Shown here: positions 45,672 to 55,305 of the stretch, one piece after another
Position numbering within the stretch: position 1 is the stretch's first letter
How the letters are laid out: the number at the start of each line of letters is the position of its first letter
DNA from: Alphaproteobacteria bacterium
Lineage (GTDB): Bacteria > Pseudomonadota > Alphaproteobacteria > Micavibrionales > UBA2020
Length of the DNA stretch: 64,000 bases
Reading direction: 5' to 3'
NCBI GenBank assembly: GCA_041287865.1
Contig: JBGGMV010000008.1
Coordinates: 70,297-134,296 of the forward strand
The notes under the pieces: generated by a model
What the model was told of the DNA's origin: nothing
Database searches by the model: none
Seen by the model: only the letters and a program-made list of their open reading frames with translations
Made by a program: the position numbers and the translations under genes

Positions 45672-47687
45672 ATGTCGTCCGCCCAGCCCCTGAAATCTTC
45701 CACTCCCACCACCGCCAGCCACAAGGACATGAGCAACGCGCTCCGCGCGCTCTCGATGGATGCGGTGCAGAAAGCGAATTCCGGCCACCCCGGAATGCCG
45801 ATGGGCATGGCCGATGTGGCAACGGTGCTCTTCACCAAGTTCCTGAAATTCGACGCCTCCAACCCCCTCTGGCCCGACCGCGACCGTTTCATCCTCTCCG
45901 CCGGCCACGGCTCGATGCTGCAATACTCGCTGCTCTATCTCACGGGCTACGAGAAAATGACGCTCGACCAGATCAAGAATTTCCGCCAGCTGCACAGCCT
46001 GACCCCCGGCCACCCCGAAGTCATGCCCGAGGTCGGCATCGAAACCACCACCGGCCCGCTGGGCCAGGGTATTTCCAACGGCGTCGGCTTTGCCCTTGCC
46101 GAGCGTATGTTCAACGCGCGCTTCGGCAATGACCTTGTGAACCATTTCACCTACGTCATCGCCTCCGACGGCGATTTGATGGAAGGCATCAGCCACGAAG
46201 CCTGCTCGCTCGCCGGTCACCTCGGCCTTGGCAAGCTGATCGTGCTCTACGATGACAACGAAATCTCCATCGACGGCCCGACCTCGCTGTCGTTTACCGA
46301 CAATACGGCGCAGCGTTTCGAAGCCTACGGCTGGGAAACCTTCACCGTCGACGGCCACAACCCCGAACAGATCGCCAAGGCCATTGCCGCCGCGCAGATC
46401 AACGTGGGCAAGCCTTCGCTGATTTGCTGCAAAACCAAAATCGGCTATGGCGCGCCGACGAAACAGGGCTCGGCCTCATCCCACGGCTCGCCGCTGGGTG
46501 ACGAAGAAATCGCGGGCGCGCGCAAGAACCTCGGCTGGGCGCATATCCCCTTCGACGTTCCTGCCGATGTGTTTGACGCATGGCGCGCCGCAGGCGCCGC
46601 AGGCCAGATCGACCGCAAGAACTGGCAGGCCCGCCACGACGCGCTCGAAGGCGAAAAACGCCAGCTGTTCGACCGCATGCTGAAGGGCGATGTGACCTCG
46701 ATCGTCACCCCCATTATCAACGACTTCAAAAAGAAAATGACCGCCGAAGCGCCGAAAATCGCCACCCGCGCGGCCTCCGGCAAAGTGCTGGAAGCGCTGA
46801 TCCCCGCGCTGCCCGAAATGGTGGGCGGCTCGGCCGACCTTACCGGCTCCGTCCTTACGCTCGTGAAAGACATGGGCAAGGTGACGAAATCGGATTATTC
46901 CGGCCGTTACATCTACTGGGGCGTGCGCGAACACGGCATGGCCGCGGCCATGAACGGCATGGCGCTGCACAGGGGTTTCATCCCCTACGGCGGCACATTC
47001 CTGAGCTTCACCGACTATTGCCGCCCCTCTATTCGTTTATCCGCGCTGATGAAGCAGCGTGTCATTTACGTGATGACGCACGATTCCATCGGTCTCGGCG
47101 AAGACGGCCCGACGCACCAGCCTGTGGAACATGTGGCCGCGATGCGCTGCATCCCCAACGTGCTGGTCTTCCGCCCCGCCGACGTGATTGAAACCGCAGA
47201 GGCCTGGCAGATCGCTCTTGAACACACCACCGGCCCCAGCATCCTTGTGCTGACGCGCCAGAACCTGCCGCTGGTCCGCAAGGGCGGCGAGACGGAGAAC
47301 ATCACCAAGCGCGGCGCCTACATTCTGGCCGAAGCTTCGCAGCAACCGGTCTGCACCATCTGGGCGACGGGTTCGGAAATCGAAATCGCGATGAAGGCCC
47401 GCGACCAGCTGGAAGCCGCCAAGATCCCGACCCGCGTCGTTTCCGCACCGTGTCTGGAGCTGTTCTGGAAGCAGGACGAAAAATACCGCGCCTCGCTCCT
47501 GAACCAGTCGAAAGTCACCGTGGCCGTTGAAGCCGCCGTGCGCCAGGGCTGGGACGCCATCATCGGTTCGGACGGTATCTTCGTCGGCATGAAGTCCTTC
47601 GGCGAAAGCGCGCCTTATCAAAAACTCTACGAACACTTCGGCATCACGGCCGAAGCGGTCGTCGAACAAGTCAAAAAGAAAATTTAA
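45672..47687 (+). CDS. tkt: transketolase
   Basis: 671 aa with RALSMDAVQKANSGHPGMPMGMADV, GHGSMLQYSLLYLTGY and the ThDP motifs. AAGGAG lies upstream. Confidence 0.95.
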   Translation: MSSAQPLKSSTPTTASHKDMSNALRALSMDAVQKANSGHPGMPMGMADVATVLFTKFLKFDASNPLWPDRDRFILSAGHGSMLQYSLLYLTGYEKMTLDQIKNFRQLHSLTPGHPEVMPEVGIETTTGPLGQGISNGVGFALAERMFNARFGNDLVNHFTYVIASDGDLMEGISHEACSLAGHLGLGKLIVLYDDNEISIDGPTSLSFTDNTAQRFEAYGWETFTVDGHNPEQIAKAIAAAQINVGKPSLICCKTKIGYGAPTKQGSASSHGSPLGDEEIAGARKNLGWAHIPFDVPADVFDAWRAAGAAGQIDRKNWQARHDALEGEKRQLFDRMLKGDVTSIVTPIINDFKKKMTAEAPKIATRAASGKVLEALIPALPEMVGGSADLTGSVLTLVKDMGKVTKSDYSGRYIYWGVREHGMAAAMNGMALHRGFIPYGGTFLSFTDYCRPSIRLSALMKQRVIYVMTHDSIGLGEDGPTHQPVEHVAAMRCIPNVLVFRPADVIETAEAWQIALEHTTGPSILVLTRQNLPLVRKGGETENITKRGAYILAEASQQPVCTIWATGSEIEIAMKARDQLEAAKIPTRVVSAPCLELFWKQDEKYRASLLNQSKVTVAVEAAVRQGWDAIIGSDGIFVGMKSFGESAPYQKLYEHFGITAEAVVEQVKKKI

Positions 47688-47712
47688 AAACGTACAATAG
47701 AGGAGAATAAAA

Positions 47713-48723
47713 ATGACAGTAAAAGTCGCCATCAACGGGTTTGGCCGCATCGGCCGCCTTGTCCTGCGTTCCATCATGGAAAGCGGCCGCAATGACGTGA
47801 CCGTCGTCGGCATCAACGACCTCGCGACTGCAGAGGCCAACGCGCACCTGCTGAAATACGACAGCGTGCACGGAAAGTTCAAAGGCGAAGTGAAGGTCAA
47901 CGGCACGAAACTGGTCGTCAACGGCCATGAAATCACCATGACGCAGGTGAAAGACCCCACCACCCTGCCGTGGAAAGATCTCGGCGTCGATATCACCATG
48001 GAATGCACCGGCATCTTCACCAAGAAAGAAGATGCGCTGAAGCACATTCAGGCCGGCGCAAAAAAGGTTCTGATCTCCGCCCCCGCGACGGATGAAGACC
48101 TCACCGTCGTTTACGGCGTGAACCATGACAAGCTGGCGGCGAACCATGTGGTCGTCTCCAACGCGTCCTGCACCACCAACTGTCTTGCGCCTGTGGCTTA
48201 CGTGCTCGATAAAGCCGTCGGCATCAAGCACGGTTTCATGACCACCATCCACAGCTATACCGGCGACCAGAACACGGTCGATACGATGCACAAGGATTTG
48301 CACCGCGCGCGCGCGGCGGCCCTCAACATCATCCCGACCTCGACGGGCGCCGCCAAGGCCGTGGGCCTTGTGCTGCCGCACCTGAAGGGCAAGCTGGACG
48401 GCACCTCGCTCCGCGTGCCGACGCCGAACGTCTCGGTCGTGGATTTCAAGTTCACCGCCAACAAGGCAACCACGGTGGAAGAAGTGAACAAGGCGATCAC
48501 CGATGCGGCGTCGAACGGCCCGCTGAAGGGCATCCTCGGCACCTATACGGAGCCGCTGGTGTCGACCGACTTCAACCACGATCCTCATTCCTCCATCTTC
48601 GCGCTGAAGGAAACCAAGGTTATCGAGGGCACTTTCGTGCGCGTGATGATGTGGTACGACAACGAATGGGGTTTCTCCAACCGCATGTCGGACACGGCTG
48701 TCGCAATGGCGAAGCTGAAATAA
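47713..48723 (+). CDS. gap: type I glyceraldehyde-3-phosphate dehydrogenase
   Basis: VKVAINGFGRIGRLVLR at the N-terminus and the active site SNASCTTNCLAP. Confidence 0.95.
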   Translation: MTVKVAINGFGRIGRLVLRSIMESGRNDVTVVGINDLATAEANAHLLKYDSVHGKFKGEVKVNGTKLVVNGHEITMTQVKDPTTLPWKDLGVDITMECTGIFTKKEDALKHIQAGAKKVLISAPATDEDLTVVYGVNHDKLAANHVVVSNASCTTNCLAPVAYVLDKAVGIKHGFMTTIHSYTGDQNTVDTMHKDLHRARAAALNIIPTSTGAAKAVGLVLPHLKGKLDGTSLRVPTPNVSVVDFKFTANKATTVEEVNKAITDAASNGPLKGILGTYTEPLVSTDFNHDPHSSIFALKETKVIEGTFVRVMMWYDNEWGFSNRMSDTAVAMAKLK

Positions 48724-48746
48724 AATTTCAATACATACAGACTACC

Positions 48747-48774
48747 GGGGCGGCGAAAGCCGCCCCTTTCTTTT
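48747..48774 (+). terminator. rho-independent terminator after gap
   Basis: GGGGCGGC-GAAA-GCCGCCCC followed by TTTCTTTT. Confidence 0.8.
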
Positions 48775-48835
48775 GCGCAAAAGCCTGATTTTAAAGGCTG
48801 AAATCCACCCGTCCAAGAATTTGGTAATGTTTTTT

Positions 48836-48844
48836 TGCTATAAT
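48836..48844 (+). promoter_or_regulatory. extended -10 promoter TGcTATAAT
   Basis: An exact TGnTATAAT match in an AT-rich patch about 125 nt upstream of ATG 48971. Confidence 0.5.
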
Positions 48845-48970
48845 AAAAGAACCTTGGGAGAGGTAGAGTAGTACGAGGATTTGCGGGGCGGCTTCGCGTG
48901 ATGGCGAGCCCGCCCTGCATTCCCGCACATCCCAACCAACCCCACAGGCAGAAAAAACTATGGAGCCAGA

Positions 48971-51900
48971 ATGGCTGACGCCATCACTTCGTTTTTCCTG
49001 CTGCAGGCGAACCGTAGCGGTTCCGCCAGTGCCCAGATCGCGCCTTCCGCGCTCGAGCTGGGCTCCGACACGCTGACCCGCAATCCGCGTCTTGAGACGC
49101 TGGGCAAGCTTTTCGCCCCGCCCTCGGGCGCCAGCAATATTGCGGGGCTCGACAGTTTCCTCGCCGTCGCCACCGCTGCGAAAACAGCCGCCGGTGCCCC
49201 CGCCAGAAATTCCAAAGATGCGCTGAAACAGGCACCGGAACTGAGGAAGAACGACAGCGCAGCGCTCGACGTCTTCATCAAGCGCGAAACGGCGGCTGAA
49301 TCCCGCCTGAAGCAGCTGTTGCAGGCGTCGACCGCAGCCGCCGCAACCTCTACTACCAGCAAACCTGCCGAAACCGAGGCGGCAACAGCGGCAGCTTCCA
49401 TCACCCGCAACAGCGGGCTGCGCATCACGGAAGGCGGCGACGGCATTATCAACAGCCGGCGCCTGAACACCAATATTCCGGGCGCACGACCGCAGGATAT
49501 TATCTATACCGTCAACGAAAGCCCGCGTAACGGCAGGCTGGAACTGACAGCAAAGCCCGGCGAAGCGGTAACGACCTTCACCCAGCAGGACCTCAACCTC
49601 GGCCGCCTGCGCTACGTCAGCAACGGGTCGGAGGCACGCGGCGACAGTTTCGATTTCACGGTCAGGGGCGGCGAACAGGAACTGTCAGGCAGCTTTGGCA
49701 TCAGCGTAGCGCCGGTCAACGATGCGCCGGCGGTTTCCGTGAACACAGGTTTGACAGTCGCGGAAGGCGACACGGCGACGCTGACGACGGCGCAGCTCTC
49801 GGTCAGCGACCCTGACAGCCGCGCCGAGGATACCGTCTTCACGGTTACCGGCGGCCCGCAGCACGGACGGCTGGAATACGCCGCCAGCCCGGGCCTCGCC
49901 ATCACCAGCTTTACCCAGGGCGACATCGCCGCAGGGCGCGTGCGCTACGTGAGCGACGGATCGGAAGTCACCTCCGACAGCTTCACCTTCACCGCCAGCG
50001 ACGGCATCAGCGCGACGGCGGCCGAGACCTTCAACATCAATGTCACCCCCGTTGACGACAGCGCGACGATTGTCAACAACACCGGCGCGACGGTGACCGA
50101 AGGCGGCTCCGCGGTGCTTAGCGAAACGCAGCTGTCATCAACCGACGTCGACACGGCGGTCGAGGATATTATCTACAATGTGACCTCGGGCCCCTCCGGC
50201 GGCTATCTCGAATTCACCGATAACGCCGGCACGGCGATCACGTCCTTCACGCAGGCCGACGTCAATTCGGGACGCGTCCGTTATGTGCATGGCGGCGGCG
50301 AAGCGCCCGCCGACAGCTTCAACTTTACCGTGACCGGCAGCACCGCCACCACGGCCTCCGCAAGCTTTGCCTTCACCGTCACCCCTGTCGATGACGCCCC
50401 GCAGCTGCAGGCCAACACTGGTGCGACATTGAACGAAGGCGGCACGACCGCGATAACGGCGGCGCAACTGTCCGTCTCCGATGTCGACACCGCCGCCAGC
50501 GGCATCGTCTACAATATCACCGCAGGCCCTCAGCACGGTCGGCTGGAATATGCCTCCAGCCCCGGCACCGCCGTCACCAGCTTTACGCAGGCCGATATCG
50601 ATTCCGGCAGAATCGTTTACATCCATGACGGATCGGAAACCACGTCGGACAGCTTTACCTTTACCGCCGCCGACGCGACCACGACGCTGGGCGCTTCGTC
50701 CTTCGCGCTGAACGTTACGCCGGTCGACGATGCGCCGGTGATTACAAACACCGACGGCACGGTGGTGGAGGGCGGAACCAGCACCATCACATCTTCACAA
50801 CTGGGCGCGTCAGACCCCGATACGGCAGCCGCGAATATCACCTACACAGTCACCGCCGCGCCGACAACCGGACGGCTTGAAAACGCGACGAACCCGGGCG
50901 TGTCGATCACCAGCTTCACGCAGGCCGATATCGACGCGGGCAATATCCGCTTCGTCCACGACGGCGGCGAGGCCCCGACGTCAAGCTTCGGCTTCTCGGT
51001 TTCCGACGGCACGACGACGCAGGCCGGCAATACCTTCACCTTCGGCGTCATCCCGGTCGACGACGCGCCGGTGCTGGCGGCGAATACCGGCGGCACGCTG
51101 GCAGAGGGCGGATCGAGCATCATCACATCTGCCCAACTGCGCACGACAGACGTCGATACGGCGGCTGCGAATATCACCTATACAGTTACATCGGGCCCGA
51201 CAAACGGCCAGCTGGAAAGAACGACCAACCCGGGTGTCGGCATCACCAGCTTCTCGCAGGCCGATATCGACGCGGGCCGCATCCGCTTCGTCCACAACGG
51301 CAGCGAAACGACGACGGCCAGCTTCGGCTTCTCCGTTTCCGACGGCACGACCACGCAGGCCGGCAATACCTTTGGTTTCAGCGTTACGCCGGTCGATGAT
51401 GCGCCGGTGCTCACGAATACCGGCGGCACGATTGCGGAGGGCGGATCAAGTATCATCTCGTCGTCGCAGCTGCGCGCAACCGACCCCGATACGGCAGCCG
51501 CCAATATCACCTATACCGTCACCGCCGCCCCCACCACCGGACGGCTTGAAAGCGCGACGAACCCGGGCGTGTCGATCACCAGCTTCACGCAGGCCGACAT
51601 CGACGCAGGCCTCATTCGCTTCGTCCACAACGGCGGCGAGGCGCCGACGGCCAGCTTCGGCTTCTCCGTTTCCGACGGCACGACGACGCAAGCGGGCAAT
51701 ACCTTCACCTTCGGCGTCACGCCCGTCAACGACGCACCGGTGCTGGCGACGAATACGGGCACAAGCGTCGCAAGGCGCGATACCACGACCATTACATCGG
51801 CGCAGCTGCAAACGACGGATGTCGATAATACCCCGTCAAGCCTTACCTATACCGTCACCGCCAGCCCGACGCGCGGCAGGCTGGAACTCTCCACCAACCC

Positions 51901-52060
51901 CGGCGTTAGCATCACTTCATTCACCCAGGCCGACATCGACGCCGGCCGCCTGCGCTATGTGCATACAGCAAATGGCGCCGCGAACGATTCCTTCACCTTC
52001 ACCGTCTCGGACGGCGCGGCATCGATCGCCGCCTCCAGCTTCGCCATCGATGTGACGTAA
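48971..52060 (+). CDS. large cadherin-like (CSPG-type) repeat protein
   Basis: 1029 aa. An about 147-aa Ala/Ser/Thr-rich N-terminal region is followed by eight about 111-aa repeats (NTGxTVxEGG..ITxxQL...DxDT....I.YTVT..P..GRLE....PG..ITSFTQADIDAGRIRFVH.G.E....SF.F.VSDG......F.F.VTPVDDAP). No signal peptide and no RTX or other C-terminal domain. GGAG lies 5 nt upstream of the ATG. Confidence 0.85.
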   Translation: MADAITSFFLLQANRSGSASAQIAPSALELGSDTLTRNPRLETLGKLFAPPSGASNIAGLDSFLAVATAAKTAAGAPARNSKDALKQAPELRKNDSAALDVFIKRETAAESRLKQLLQASTAAAATSTTSKPAETEAATAAASITRNSGLRITEGGDGIINSRRLNTNIPGARPQDIIYTVNESPRNGRLELTAKPGEAVTTFTQQDLNLGRLRYVSNGSEARGDSFDFTVRGGEQELSGSFGISVAPVNDAPAVSVNTGLTVAEGDTATLTTAQLSVSDPDSRAEDTVFTVTGGPQHGRLEYAASPGLAITSFTQGDIAAGRVRYVSDGSEVTSDSFTFTASDGISATAAETFNINVTPVDDSATIVNNTGATVTEGGSAVLSETQLSSTDVDTAVEDIIYNVTSGPSGGYLEFTDNAGTAITSFTQADVNSGRVRYVHGGGEAPADSFNFTVTGSTATTASASFAFTVTPVDDAPQLQANTGATLNEGGTTAITAAQLSVSDVDTAASGIVYNITAGPQHGRLEYASSPGTAVTSFTQADIDSGRIVYIHDGSETTSDSFTFTAADATTTLGASSFALNVTPVDDAPVITNTDGTVVEGGTSTITSSQLGASDPDTAAANITYTVTAAPTTGRLENATNPGVSITSFTQADIDAGNIRFVHDGGEAPTSSFGFSVSDGTTTQAGNTFTFGVIPVDDAPVLAANTGGTLAEGGSSIITSAQLRTTDVDTAAANITYTVTSGPTNGQLERTTNPGVGITSFSQADIDAGRIRFVHNGSETTTASFGFSVSDGTTTQAGNTFGFSVTPVDDAPVLTNTGGTIAEGGSSIISSSQLRATDPDTAAANITYTVTAAPTTGRLESATNPGVSITSFTQADIDAGLIRFVHNGGEAPTASFGFSVSDGTTTQAGNTFTFGVTPVNDAPVLATNTGTSVARRDTTTITSAQLQTTDVDNTPSSLTYTVTASPTRGRLELSTNPGVSITSFTQADIDAGRLRYVHTANGAANDSFTFTVSDGAASIAASSFAIDVT
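49412..52057 (+). repeat. eight tandem about 333-336-nt coding repeats
   Basis: Repeat boundaries are marked by V[DN]D[AS][AP] at aa 249, 360, 473, 585, 696, 808 and 919. Units 5-7 (about 50738-51736) are near-identical at protein level. Confidence 0.85.
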
Positions 52061-52144
52061 ATAGCGGTAAATAAGGGGCTTTTGCCGCTTGATTTGGCGG
52101 CCCCGCCCGCATAATATACCCTCAAAACCGCCAAGGAGGGTCAC

Positions 52145-53116
52145 ATGAGCGCAACGCAGAAAGTCACCAAAATGCCCGCGAAACACGCGAATGTCGGCGT
52201 CACCGACACCGTCAAAAAAATTCTCGCTAACTATGAAAGCGACAACCCGGGTACGAAGGCAAACATCTGCCGCCTGCTGATGACCGGCAAGCTGGCCGGC
52301 ACGGGCAAGATGGTCATCCTGCCCGTCGACCAGGGTTTCGAGCACGGCCCCGGCCGCAGCTTCGCCATCAACCCCGAAGCTTACGATCCGCATTACCATT
52401 ACCAGCTGGCAATTGATTCAGGCTGCAACGCCTACGCGGCGCCGCTCGGCGCGCTCGAGGCCGGCGCTGATACTTTCGCAGGCGCCATTCCGCTGATCCT
52501 GAAAATCAATTCGTCCAACAGCCTCATTCAAGCCAAGGACCAGTCGGTCAACGGTTCGGTCGCAGACGCGCTCCGCCTCGGCTGCTCGGCCATCGGCTTC
52601 ACCATCTACCCCGGCTCCGAGCACATGCTGGAGCTGCAGGAAGAAATCGTGCAGCTGTCCGAAGAAGCGAAATCGGTCGGCATCGCCACGGTCATCTGGT
52701 CTTACATCCGCGGACCGAAAGTGTCGAAAGAAGGCGAACTGGCCATCGACAACATCGCTTACGGCGCGCATATGGCGGCGCAGCTTGGCGCGCATATCAT
52801 CAAGGTGAAACTGCCCTCCGATCACCTCGACCTGCCCGAAGCGAAAAAAGTCTACGAAGAGCGCAAGATTCCGATCAAGACGCAGGCCGAGCGCGTGAAG
52901 CACGTGATGCAATCGAGCTTCGCGGGCCGCAGGCTCGTCGTCTTCTCGGGCGGCGCGACCAAGGACGAGGACAGCGTGTACGAAGACGCCCGCGCGATTT
53001 ACGAGGGCGGCGGCAACGGTTCCATCATCGGCCGCAACTGCTTCCAGCGCCCGCGCGAGGAAGCGCTTTCCATGCTCGACAAGATCATGGACATCTACCT
53101 CGGCAAAGACGCTTAA
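52145..53116 (+). CDS. fbaB: class I fructose-bisphosphate aldolase (DeoC/FbaB family)
   Basis: 323 aa with KMVILPVDQGFEHGP, LILKINSSNSL and the Schiff-base lysine context AHIIKVKLP. The end is GGGNGSIIGRNCFQR. Confidence 0.8.
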   Translation: MSATQKVTKMPAKHANVGVTDTVKKILANYESDNPGTKANICRLLMTGKLAGTGKMVILPVDQGFEHGPGRSFAINPEAYDPHYHYQLAIDSGCNAYAAPLGALEAGADTFAGAIPLILKINSSNSLIQAKDQSVNGSVADALRLGCSAIGFTIYPGSEHMLELQEEIVQLSEEAKSVGIATVIWSYIRGPKVSKEGELAIDNIAYGAHMAAQLGAHIIKVKLPSDHLDLPEAKKVYEERKIPIKTQAERVKHVMQSSFAGRRLVVFSGGATKDEDSVYEDARAIYEGGGNGSIIGRNCFQRPREEALSMLDKIMDIYLGKDA

Positions 53117-53180
53117 TCCATTCTTCTCCCCTCTCCCGCTTATGCATTGCGGGAGAGGGGCAAGAAGGCTAGAATAAATA

Positions 53181-53861
53181 ATGACCTCCGATACCCCTCC
53201 CCCCCGCTGCCAGCTTTACATCATCACCCCGCCCAGACTGCCGCCCGATTTCGCGGAGCAGATGGCGCGCGCGCTGGATGCGGGCGAAGTCGCCTCATTT
53301 CAATTGCGCCTTGAAACCACGGACGAAAGCGAATGGAAACGCGCGGCGGAAAAGCTGCTGCCGGTGGCGCAGGAGCGCAATGCCGCCTTTATCATCAACA
53401 ACCACGTGCTGCTGGCGAAAGAAGTCGGCGCAGACGGCGTTCATATCGGCGTGCACGACATGCGCGTGAAAGAAGCGCGCGCGATACTGGGGCCGGATAA
53501 AATCATCGGTTCCACCTGCATGGACAGCAAGCACCTTGCCATGACGGCGGCCGAGGCCGGAGCGGATTACGTCAGCTTCGGGCCCTTCTTCACCACACGC
53601 TCGCCCTTCTACCCCAAGGAAAACTACGCACCCAAATACATGGTGTCGCCGAATATTTTGACATGGTGGAGCCAGGTGATGGAAATTCCCTGCGTCGCCG
53701 CGGGCGGCATCACGCCGCAGAACTGCCGCGATATCATCAAGGCCGGCGCGGATTTCATCTGCGCCAGCACCTCCATCTGGGACGCGCCCGGCGGCGCTGC
53801 CGCCGCCATCAAGAGCTTCCACATCCAGCTGGCCGAAGCGGATAAAAAAGCCGCGGGTTAA
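53181..53861 (+). CDS. thiE: thiamine-phosphate synthase
   Basis: LYIITPP, FQLRLE, AFIINNHVLLAKEVGADGVHIG, IIGSTC and GADYVSFGPFFTT are the ThiE motifs. Confidence 0.85.
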   Translation: MTSDTPPPRCQLYIITPPRLPPDFAEQMARALDAGEVASFQLRLETTDESEWKRAAEKLLPVAQERNAAFIINNHVLLAKEVGADGVHIGVHDMRVKEARAILGPDKIIGSTCMDSKHLAMTAAEAGADYVSFGPFFTTRSPFYPKENYAPKYMVSPNILTWWSQVMEIPCVAAGGITPQNCRDIIKAGADFICASTSIWDAPGGAAAAIKSFHIQLAEADKKAAG

Positions 53862-53879
53862 TTTTCTGGGGAAGTTAAA

Positions 53880-54725
53880 ATGCAGCGTCTTTTTACCCTC
53901 GCCCTTCTCCTTTTCCTTCTTGTTCTCCCCGTCTACGTACAAGCAGGATGGCCTGATGCATCTGTAGATGACCCCGACCCTGAAAAATGGCTTGAATTAC
54001 GTCTAAAAGAAGCTGAGCAAGGCTTTCCACGCTCCCAATATGAAGCTGCGCACGTTCTTCACGCTTACGGCAAGAAAGACGCCGCCAAACTTGCGGAGGC
54101 TGTCGCATGGTATAGAAAGGGAGCCGAAAATGGTGAACCCCTCTCGCAACTTGCCCTTGGAGGAATGTATCTAAACGGCGAAGGAATGTCCCCCGATTAT
54201 CAGGAGGGATTGTTTTGGATCACTCTGGCCCACAAAACAAGTCTCGAAACGCTCGTCCAGAAGGAATTGGCAGTAGCAGAACGCCACCTTTCTGCAGCAG
54301 AAATCGCGGCGACCAAAAAGCGCGCCGATGAGTGGCGCATTTCGCCTGACAACTTGAAAAAATTACTGGCGCTTGCGGATTTGGGCACCACTGTGCAATG
54401 CCATCTGGGCGATCTTTACCGCTATGGCAACGGCGTGTCGCTGGATTACGCCGAAGCGTTGAAGTGGTACAATATCGCCGCTGTCCGCGATAACGGGATG
54501 GCGCAATACCAGCTCTACGAAATGTATTTCAACGGTACAGGCGTAACGCAGAATTTCGAGGAGGCGTATTTCTGGCTCCGGATTTCGCAGCGTAACAATA
54601 CACACAACAAGGATCCTATTTTGAGCGCCCATCCTATCGCAAAGATGCTGACTTTCGGGCAGGTAGGCAGGGTGAATGCGCGCGTAGAGACGTGGAAACC
54701 GCTACCGCCTTCTTCCAAGCCATAA
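53880..54725 (+). CDS. Sel1-repeat (SLR/TPR-like) exported protein
   Basis: Signal peptide MQRLFTLALLLFLLVLPVYVQA. Sel1 repeats include AVAWYRKGAENGEPLSQLALGGMYLNGEGMSPDYQEGLFW and ALKWYNIAAVRDNGMAQYQLYEMYFNGTGVTQNFEEAYFW. GC is about 50% on two hand-counted 60-nt lines. Confidence 0.8.
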   Translation: MQRLFTLALLLFLLVLPVYVQAGWPDASVDDPDPEKWLELRLKEAEQGFPRSQYEAAHVLHAYGKKDAAKLAEAVAWYRKGAENGEPLSQLALGGMYLNGEGMSPDYQEGLFWITLAHKTSLETLVQKELAVAERHLSAAEIAATKKRADEWRISPDNLKKLLALADLGTTVQCHLGDLYRYGNGVSLDYAEALKWYNIAAVRDNGMAQYQLYEMYFNGTGVTQNFEEAYFWLRISQRNNTHNKDPILSAHPIAKMLTFGQVGRVNARVETWKPLPPSSKP

Positions 54726-54728
54726 CGG

Positions 54729-55304
54729 TTAAACCGGCTTTTTTACTTTCAGCGTTTTCATGAGTTTGGGATTGCCGACCGGCGCCACCGCCTGCGCGAC
54801 TGCGTTGTCGATGCTTGCGGCGTTCAGGGCCCGGGTTTCGGCGGTGTCGCAAATCTTGAGAATGGCTTGCAGGTTTTTAGCCGATATATCGACATTCTGC
54901 AGACGCCAGACATCACCCGGGCGAATCTTGCTGTCATCAGAGGTTTTCCAGTTCATTTTAGGGGTGGGCCCGACCCAGAGCTCCGCGCAGATATCGGTTG
55001 TATAGGCAAAGCCCTTCAGGCGCTCGGTTTTGTCGGCGTAGTCTTCAAGATGCTTTTTCTGCTTTTCGCGCAGCGCGTCGACTTTTTCCAATACCGCCTG
55101 AATGCCGGAGTGGTCTAAAACGCCCCTCTCCTCCGTCGCTATCCCGTACCTGCCGCCCGTCATCGCGCCGCTGGCCACATTCGTATTGAAAAGCCACGAA
55201 AAGAAATCCCGCTTGTGCCGCGGCTCCTTCTTCAAATGATATTCCTCGGTGCCGGTGACGCGGAGGATAAAGGTTACTTCCTGCGGCGGTTTTTGCTCCA
55301 TCAT
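54729..55304 (-). CDS. hypothetical protein with C-terminal tail motif (paralog A)
   Basis: 191 aa with no signal peptide. It is paralogous to the upstream gene (VLDHSGIQAVLEKV vs PLDHSTIGKVFETV; ISAKNLQAILKICDT vs ITAENLAAFIALFDT). It ends ...KLMKTLKVKKPV. Confidence 0.65.
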   Translation of the reverse strand: MMEQKPPQEVTFILRVTGTEEYHLKKEPRHKRDFFSWLFNTNVASGAMTGGRYGIATEERGVLDHSGIQAVLEKVDALREKQKKHLEDYADKTERLKGFAYTTDICAELWVGPTPKMNWKTSDDSKIRPGDVWRLQNVDISAKNLQAILKICDTAETRALNAASIDNAVAQAVAPVGNPKLMKTLKVKKPV

Positions 55305-55305
55305 C

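Noticed and set aside
50877-52055. 392-aa alternate-frame ORF inside the cadherin-like gene, and similar ORFs on the opposite strand
   Set aside because: It is an R/P/S/A-rich frame-shifted reading of the repeats. The annotated frame yields eight well-formed domain repeats.
49412-52057. Possible CRISPR or non-coding tandem repeat
   Set aside because: The ~333-nt units are in-frame protein domain repeats, with no short direct repeats or spacers. I saw no CRISPR-like array anywhere in the window.
54729-55304. Reading the tail as a eukaryotic KKXX ER-retrieval signal (KKPV, KKQP)
   Set aside because: Only two of the twelve tails end in KKXX. The conserved part is the upstream [KR]-x-h-x-h-[KR] core, at variable distance from the C-terminus.
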